A model generated the notes under the pieces. That model was not told where the DNA came from, made no database searches, and saw only the letters and a program-made list of their open reading frames with translations. From NCBI GenBank assembly GCA_964016885.1, contig OZ024745.1, forward strand, positions 84,258,001-84,322,000: a stretch of DNA of 64,000 nucleotides, given 5' to 3'. Source of the DNA: Eledone cirrhosa (lineage: Eukaryota). The position numbers were made by a program, and so were the translations under genes. Shown piece after piece: positions 54,978 to 64,000 of this stretch. Positions within the stretch are counted from its first letter, which is position 1. The number at the start of each line of letters is the position of its first letter.

Positions 54978-55526
54978 CTTGTAAAATTAGAGTATTTATA
55001 AAGTTGACTCAAAAATATTTACTAGTTCCACAATTTATTGGTTGAAAATGAAATAATTGATTTTATTTTTTTAAGGTACTTTATTTTACAAAGCTGTTTA
55101 TACAAAAACAAAACACGCTATTGATGGGAACAATAAAAAGAAAATGAAAAGAATAAAAAGAAAACAGAATCAAGCAACGAAAGGAAGCGGGGGACAAACA
55201 CAAAGCCCCAGTCAGGGCGGTGCCTCGGCTGCCCTCCACCAACAAAATGGCAAAGTCACTATCGTGAAGACTAGCCGGAGACACACACCCGATTCTCCCT
55301 GCAATAGCCACCCAATCTCACTCTTCAAGTGAGCCACCATCGTTTTTTTATTGTTGCTATTGTGTAATACTTAAACACCTGAACACTGTACACAATTATT
55401 TCATTATTATTATACGAATACTCAAACATCAATGTTTTGTTTGTTTGATTACTTCTTTTGTTTTTCCTCCCAAATAAACATCTATATATTCAAATTCATT
55501 ACAAAATAATACATATCTTAGCGATA

Positions 55527-55710
55527 AATTAAAGGCAGAACTTACCTCGGCGAGCTTTGAACTCATTATATAAAGGGACGTAACTCTATGCCACTCTACC
55601 GGTACGGTCAATCCAGCGTTTCTGATTTAGGCACAAGACCGGCAATTTGAAGGGGGATGGTCGATTAAATCGACCCCAGTGCATCACTGGTACTTTATTT
55701 TATCGGCCCA
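55527..55710 (-). mobile_element. Two partial SINE copies, family of 11281
   Basis: Head fragment 55527-55615; tail and core fragment 55617-55710. Confidence 0.65.
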
Positions 55711-56942
55711 CGATATATAATGAAGAATATTTATTGTTAACGCTGTCCTTTAGCAATAGGTTAGCTTTGATCGGAAAAACCTAGCTGTGACAATCTGTCT
55801 TCTATTTTCATATATGGTTTCTTGTACATAGGACTACATTAGACAATGCGTTTTTCCATTTTTTTTTTTAAGATGTAAGGTTGTTATTGTATGGAAATTT
55901 GGCTGCCATTTCTAGTAAATCAAGTGACCGCGTTGAGGCACCTTCATTAGTTTAAATGTAAAGGACGATAAGTATTGTATACCTGCTTACACTTCAATAT
56001 GCCTAATTTCCTTTGATATTTTGACTAAATAATTGGGATTGCCACTATTACTGCTGTAATATATGATTGGTTTTCAAGCAATGAGGATTGTAAAACACTT
56101 AAATAAAAGAATAGCGTTAACTTTGATGACGCCATTGGTTACGTTGCAACCAGATGCTGTTAACGTGTTTCGACAGCAGCAGAATATAGAAGACCGAAAC
56201 ATGCCTACTAACGAAGGTTAGATATTTCGCCTAAATATGAAAATTCTATTTTCAGTAAAGCCAATGTGCAATTTCGTGAAGTGTTTTTTTTCTTTGAGAG
56301 TCGCTAACAGTTATTGTTATGTCTTATTGTATTTCTTTCACTCAGAAGCAATTTCTAATTCGTTGAGAAGTTTTGAAAAATATAGTTTAGTATATAAACA
56401 GTAACTTTAATAACAGAAAAATATGTGGTTAATAATATCTAAACTAGACAGTAGGTCTCCTAACTTTTCTCTATTCGACATTCGTGTTAAACATCAGGAG
56501 AGCTCATTGCAATACATTTCACTGGGCTGGCAGAATTATATCATATTTCTAATTCTTGACCTTTAATACTGTACAAACTGGATTGTTTATTTTTGTTTTG
56601 TTTTTGTTTTTACACCCACCTGCGAATCACTTCCACACAACCCTACATGAACAATAGCAACAAAACTTCTACTTACTCTGGCTCAAAGACCTTCTACGTT
56701 GATCTATTGTCACAATTGGGTTTAAAAATACTCTAAACCCAGCAGATTGCTCAACTAACTATTATTTGTCACTGGGAACATCAATGTCACTACAGTTGCT
56801 TTAATGCATAGGATTTACTTCGGCTCTCCCTCCCCTACTAAATGGAAACTGCTGAAAGAGAGATTGGATCGTTTCTAATCCTGAACTATCAGCACCAGTA
56901 AGTAAAGGTTTCAACATGTATAACTAATTAACTCATTAACCT

Positions 56943-56946
<4 letters not shown>

Positions 56947-57014
<68 letters not shown>

Positions 57015-57033
57015 TTCTCTCTCTCTCCCTCCC

Positions 57034-57066
<33 letters not shown>

Positions 57067-57132
57067 GCCTCTCACGCTTTCTCTCTCTCTCTCTCGCCCT
57101 CTCTCTCTCTCTCACATACACACACACACATC

Positions 57133-57187
<55 letters not shown>
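56947..57187. repeat. Compound (CT)n-(CA)n-(TA)n-(TG)n-(AG)n microsatellite
   Basis: Direct. Confidence 0.95.
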
Positions 57188-57188
<1 letters not shown>

Positions 57189-57394
57189 TATGTGTGGGTG
57201 TGAAGAAATATATTAGTTACACGCTTAATATGGTTGGAAAAGTTTTAACATTTCGGATGTTAGTCATTCATCAGGAAATAGAATGAAAAATTAAAGAAGA
57301 AATAGCAAAATTATAGAAGAAATAGCAAAATTGCAAGGGCAGAAATCAATTATTCGAGAAAAAGCAGACCTGATCATTTCGATAGGATGGACGG

Positions 57395-57540
57395 ATTCAG
57401 TTTCCATCGCCCAAATTTCACTCTCAAGGCATTGGTCAACCCGAGGCTATAGAAGAGAATTGCTCAAGGTGTTACGCAGCAATACTGAACCCAGAATCAC
57501 CTGGTTGCAAAGCAAACTCCTTAACCTCACAGGCATGCTT
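57395..57540 (-). mobile_element. tRNA-derived SINE, second family
   Basis: Minus strand: GGTTAAGGAGTTTGCTTTGCAACC..GGGTTCAGT..CACCTTGAGCAA (tRNA head plus CORE-like motif). Confidence 0.6.
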
Positions 57541-57557
57541 ACATCTCAAGTTTTATA

Positions 57558-57970
57558 ATGGTTTCTGATTTAGGCACAAAGCCAACAATTTGGGGGGTGG
57601 AAATCGAACCCCGTGTGTTACTGGTACTTTATTTTATCGACTCCCGTAAGGATGAAAGGCAAAGCTAACCTCGGCGGGATTTAAAATCAGAACGTAAAGG
57701 GTTCTAACTATAAACTGCAAAGTATAATGTCCGACGCTCTACCGATACTGCCAATCCACCGCCCTTCCTCAAGTTTCCTAATGCTAATAAAATAATTGTT
57801 TCTACTTTAGGCACAAGGCCAGCAATGACCCAGTACATTACTGGTACTTTATTTTATCGACCCCGTAAGGATGAAAGGCAAAGTTAACCGCGGTGGGATT
57901 TGAACTCAGACTGTGAAGGGACGTAACTATGCTAGAAAGCATGGCGTCCGACTCTCTACCGATACTGCCA
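57558..57970 (-). mobile_element. Two tandem SINE copies, family of 11281
   Basis: 57558-57762 and 57790-57970, both with CTGGTACTTTATTTTATCGAC..TAAGGATGAAAGGCAAAG. Confidence 0.82.
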
Positions 57971-58422
57971 AATAATCTTCCAATGACATTGACAATATTC
58001 AGAGATTTTAATCAAATACGACACAAACTAGAAATACCAAATATCATGAGAACAATATTTAACTATCTGACCAAGAAATCAATCAGACGTCAAGAAACAG
58101 AACAATTTTAATCACGCATAATAAATATTTCACTTTCAACTAGAACTGACGCTATTTCTTGGCACTTAAACAGCACTTAAACAAATTTCGAAATTTATAC
58201 AATAGCTTTTCTGTTCAGACTGTCCTGTTTAGATAATATTACAATACATAATAGAAAATGCCCCTCACCCCAACACACACATACACGCACAGAGACATAT
58301 ATATATAAATAAATATATATATATATATATACATGTAAAGTTATATTTAAAATTGTTGGGTTACAACTAGTAAATATTTATAACTGATATAAAAGCACTC
58401 GACAAATACTTGGAGTATATTT

Positions 58423-58812
58423 ACAATATTAAATAAATGGAAAACTATATTTATAAAACCATATTTATTTCATTATATATATTTCGGGGATATCATATTA
58501 ACAATATGCTATGCCTTCATCAGACAAAATACAATATAAACAGTTTTATAGATAAATATATTCGACATACCGTAATAAACATCAACTTCATTTGAAGAGG
58601 TTTACTCTAGCAGAGTAAACCTCTGACTGCTAGAGTAAACCTCTTCAAATGAAGTTGATGTTTATTACGGTATGTCGAATATATTTATCTATAAAACTGT
58701 TTATATTGTATTTTGTCTGATGAAGGCATAGCATATTGTTAATATGATATCCCCGAAATATATATAATGAAATAAATATGGTTTTATAAATATAGTTTTC
58801 CATTTATTTAAT

Positions 58813-58817
<5 letters not shown>
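58423..58817. mobile_element. Palindromic mini-element, ~191-bp apparently perfect arms; hammerheads 58466-58531 (-) and 58709-58774 (+)
   Basis: 58423-58613 inverted vs 58627-58817; UAUUUUGU-CUGAUGA-..CAUAUU GUU AAUAUG..-GAAA-UAUAUA-UA-AUGAAAUA. Confidence 0.88.
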
Positions 58818-58899
<82 letters not shown>

Positions 58900-58904
58900 A
58901 TATA

Positions 58905-59690
58905 TATAAGTATGTATACATACATACATATATGTATACAGACGTACAGTAGTATATATATATATACATGCACACATATATATATGTACGTATGGATTCA
59001 CCGAACATTTATTATAATGCTCGGTTTGTTTGTAAACAAACACCCCGAATTAAGCCGTACAGTGTTTAGCAACCATCGTTGCCCTTTTGTTCAACACTGA
59101 CAAAGGAACGATGTACTAGTTTCAAGCTTGTTAGCTATCGTCAACACCGTAGACCTTCCTGCTAGATGATTGAACGTCTGCAAGTATATACTTTCCTTAT
59201 GCATATTAACGGCTGAGCAGCCTAATTTGCATATTGAGTGAGTTCATCGGCCGGGCGCACCGAAAACGATAAATGAAAAAAATGAAACGAAATTTCATTT
59301 CTCACTCTTAGTACAGCTGTTACTTAAATATAAGTATGTATACTTTCAGACGTTCAATCATCTAGCAGGAAGGTATACGGTGCTGACGATAGCTAATAAG
59401 CTCGAAACTAGTACATCGTTCCTTTCTCAGTGTTGAACAAAAGGGCAACGATGGTTGCTAAACACTGTACGGCTTAATTCGGGATGTTTGTTTACAAACA
59501 AACCGAGCATTATAATAAATGTTCGGTGAATCCATACGTACATATATATATATATATGTGTACATGTATGTATATACATACTACTATACGTATGTATACA
59601 TATATGTATGTACGTATACATACTTATATTTAAGTAACAGCCGTACTAAGAGTGAGAAATGAAATTTCGTTTCATTTTTTCCATTTATAC
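58905..59690. mobile_element. Family Y inverted pair, diverged subfamily; hammerheads 59107-59150 (-, U3) and 59377-59419 (+)
   Basis: 58905-59178 inverted vs 59348-59625; ACGGUG-CUGACGA-UAGCUAAUAAGCUC-GAAA-CUAG-UA-CAUCGU. Confidence 0.85.
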
Positions 59691-60089
59691 ATATATATAT
59701 AAAGGTAAACGAGATATCGTTTTGGGTTACCTTAGTTCAGGTTTGGAGTAATCTGTACCGAGGAGTATTTCAGCATACGTTGGTAGTTGATTCAACAAGA
59801 TGCTTTCTTAGCTAGGTTGTTCAAAGGGTAGTTCCCTGAAAGTTCCGTGATCAGTAGTTCTTGGAGTAGATATAACAGGTAAAAAGAGGATTAACACTGA
59901 TAAGATATATATAATAAACCCTATTATATCGCTTATCCATGTTAATTCTCTTTTTACCTGTTATATATATATAGAGAGAGTGAGAGATTTTGAGTATGCA
60001 GGCTGGAGCACTCGACGAAATGCGCAGGTTGGTTTGGTTACTCCGGAGTAATGTAAAATAATGTACTTGTCTATACCACACTAATTCGG

Positions 60090-60144
60090 ACTGCCTGAAG
60101 AGGTCACAGCCAAAGATGGCTGTCACTGAAATATATATAGCAGT
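60090..60144 (+). ncRNA. Family X hammerhead
   Basis: Near-identical to 30025-30079; 59992-60060 matches 28869-28937. Confidence 0.83.
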
Positions 60145-60185
60145 AATAAACGAAGCTAAATTTTAAACATTTGACTTTTTATTTA

Positions 60186-61122
<937 letters not shown>

Positions 61123-61261
61123 GAATGTACGTATGAATGTATGTATGCGTGTATGTGTGTATGTGTTTATGTGTGTATGCATGCGTGTATGTGTGTGTGT
61201 GAGTGTGTGAGTATGAGTGCATATGTACGCACACGTGCGTGTGTGTGAGTACGTGTTCAGA

Positions 61262-61420
61262 AGGCAATTAGTGGTTAAGGTATTGATCTCACGAGTGCAA
61301 GATCGTAAATCCGTTTCACGTTGTTTCATTCAACTCAGCTGGTAAAAATGAGCCTTGCCTGTAATTCAAAGGACCATCTTTCTCACATAGTGTCATATTG
61401 AATCTCCCCGAGAACTACGT
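61262..61420 (+). mobile_element. Degenerate SINE-like remnant
   Basis: TAGTGGTTAAGG A-box-like start; CAACTCAGCTGGTAAAAATGAG core-like motif. Confidence 0.45.
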
Positions 61421-61523
61421 ACCTGTTCAATGCTGAGCTATTTGCGTGTTACTTTCACAATCACGCTGTTCCTTTGGAACGCATAATAGTCTAACAAAAA
61501 CGACATATATGTGTGCGTATGTA

Positions 61524-61596
<73 letters not shown>

Positions 61597-61598
<2 letters not shown>

Positions 61599-64000
61599 TC
61601 CTAAACCTTAGGTTGGTCGCCATCAAGTTCGCCTCCAGCAGGGTGTCTCTCAGTAGTCTTCCATTTCGGTTGGTGTTGTTATGGAAGTACCAGCAAGGAT
61701 CTTCACTGCCCTCCTTACTCAGATGTGCATTGAAGTCCCATCTGGGGAAGATGTGGACCTACATCTCAGATATGCACCTGTCCAAGTCCCAGATTGATTT
61801 CATTCTGGTGAGGAAAAAGTGGCGGAATAGTCTTCTGAACACGGAACCATTTCAGTACACTTGGTAGTGACCACCGGCTTGTTATGAGTGAGGTCCGGGT
61901 GAGCTTAAGAAAAAGCAAGGCTCGGCCCCGGAGAACAATCTATGACTGGGGAGCTTTCAAGGAAGATGATAAGCTACAGGAGAGGTTCACAGTGGAAGTA
62001 AGAAACAGGTTTAGTGCTCTGTGGAGAGTCAGAGGAGAGAGAGATTGGATGGACTGAGGAGAGTGTGACGAGGAGGTACGGGCACTTCACCAATGCAGTG
62101 GCGGAAGCAAGTGAAACCCTGGTGCCGAGGAAAAAGAACAAAGGGAAGCACGTCAGCTCTGCAAACCCAAAAGTGTGTGCAGCCAGAGAACACCTGAAAG
62201 CTGCCAGGGACCAATTCTATGCTGATCCTACGGAGGAGAGGATGGAGACTGTGGAAGTGATGAGGGAAGAGCTCTGTACCGCTTACACTGAGGTCACAGA
62301 GAAGGCACTGATAGAGAAGATCAGAAGTGTGGAGAGAGCGGTTGACAGATCTGGATGTGAGGAGAGCTGGATGATCATCAACGAGATCACAGGGAGGAAG
62401 AGAAGATGTTCGAATCAGATCCAGGGAACGGGGCCCGAGGATAGGAAGAGGAAATGGCTAGACCATTTTAGGACCCTACTAGGAGAGCCACCCTCCACAG
62501 CCCAGAGCACTGGGGAGATCAGGCGGCTGTTTGAGGAACTGGATGTTGAGTCAGAGCCCTTCATCAGAGAGGAGCTTCAGAGAGCCAAGAAGAGGATCAA
62601 GGAGGGCAAGGCTCATGGAGAAGATGGAGTGGCATCAGAGGTGATGAAGAGGTGTGATTCTGATGATATCATCCTGGAGTTCTGTAACGGTCACTGGAGA
62701 AAGGAGTTGCCCCGAATCAGTGGAGGATCAGTAACATCGTCCCAGTGCCAAAGAAGGGAGATCTCTCTAACACCAACAACTACCGGAGGATCTCACTGAC
62801 GTCACTGTGGCAAAGACCCTCAACAGGATGATTCTTAACAGGATCCAGCCTGAGATGGAGAAGAAGCTCAGGGACAACCAGAACGGCTTCAGAGAGGGTA
62901 GATCAACCACCAGTCACATCCTGATGCTGAGGAGGATATTAGAGTGAGCTAGAGCAAAGTGCCTTCCTGCGGTCATGGTTTTAATTGACTTTATGAAGGC
63001 CTTTGATTCTGTGGACCGTTACTGCCTGATGAAGATCTTACAGGCTTATGGAATCCCCAAGAAGATAGTGGACCTGATATCACTGCTCTACACCAACACC
63101 AAAGCCCAAGTCATTACACCTGATGGGATAAAAGAGTTCTTTGAGATACTGGCTGGAGTGCTCCAGGGAGAAACATTGGCTCCCTACCCTTTTATCATCG
63201 TAGTGGACTATTGTAAGCGCCTTGCACTGGAGAAACACGAGGACTCTGGGTTTACTGTAGCACCGGCTCAGAGCAGGAGAGTTAGGGCGAAAAAGGTATC
63301 GGATGCTGAATTTGCCGACGACATAGTTTTGGTGACAAATACAGTGAAGGAGGCAGAGGATTTGATGCGGGAGGTTGAGACTGTGTCGATGAGTGTGGGG
63401 CTGAGAATGAATGAGACTAAAACAAAATATCTGGTAGAGAATGTTGAGAAGCCAGAAGGGATCACTAATGTAGGCGGGAAGAAGCTGGAATTGGTTGAGG
63501 ACTTCCTGTATTTGGGAGCAAAGATTGGGAATACGGAAGATGATGTGGTTGAGAGGAAGAGCAAGGCCTGGGCGGCGTGCCACAGCTTGAGATCGGTGTG
63601 GAAGTCGGACCTTCGTAGAGACCTGAAAATCCGCCTCTTCATTGCTGTAGTGGAGTCTGTGCTGCTGTATGGGTCTGAGACTTGGACACTGACCAAGAAA
63701 CTCACTCAGATGGTGGATGGGTGCTACACGAGAATGCTGAGGATGGCTCTGAACATTAATCAGTATACACTAAGGATGAAATACTCAGAGCTGTATGGGA
63801 GCATCCCAAATGTCAGCTCAAAAGTGACACAGAGGAGACTGAGATTAGCTGGACATGCTCACCGACATCCAGAGTTGACATTGCACTCAGTGCTCCTTTG
63901 GGAGCCCCTACATGGACACACTAGAAGAGGAAGACCAAGGTTAACGTATGTTGATGCCCTAAGGACAGACACTGGTCTGTTGGAGACGCAGGACATGGCA
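61597..64000 (+). mobile_element. RTE-like LINE (APE plus RT), degenerate, with 5' inversion; runs off the window
   Basis: KSQIDFILVRKKWRNS, QNGFREGRST, KAFDSV, GVLQGETLAP, FADDIVL, FLYLG, VLLYGSETWTL, RRLRLAGH, RGRPRL. Confidence 0.9.

Noticed and set aside
56113-56216. UUGAUGA..CGAAACAUG with CGUUA/UAACG ends
   Set aside because: Several core and helix defects; not distinguishable from chance
57240-57282. Minus-strand CUGAUGA..CGAAA
   Set aside because: Stems I and III do not pair convincingly

Overview
AT-rich, microsatellite-laden animal DNA, probably a coleoid cephalopod such as octopus (inferred from the repeat landscape). The only host gene is an intronless-CDS, divergent class A peptide-type GPCR (17597-18763, +). 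The rest is mobile DNA: a same-orientation stack of two Dong/R4-like (RLE) LINE families in (TAA)n tracts, two RTE-like LINEs (one with a PHD-like finger, one with a twin-priming 5' inversion), a deleted mariner, tRNA-derived SINEs, and many Penelope-like elements (PLEs). The hidden signal, found by manual folding, is about 30 type I minimal hammerhead ribozyme motifs in about 14 sequence-distinct families. Most have a self-complementary stem III, and two families carry a compensatory U3-A8 core. They lie in PLE pseudo-LTRs and in short ORF-less elements, mostly next to (TA)n, that form inverted pairs whose 3' ends always face outward. Most short ORFs in the track are microsatellite or antisense artefacts. 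Folds and alignments were done by eye, so boundaries are approximate.
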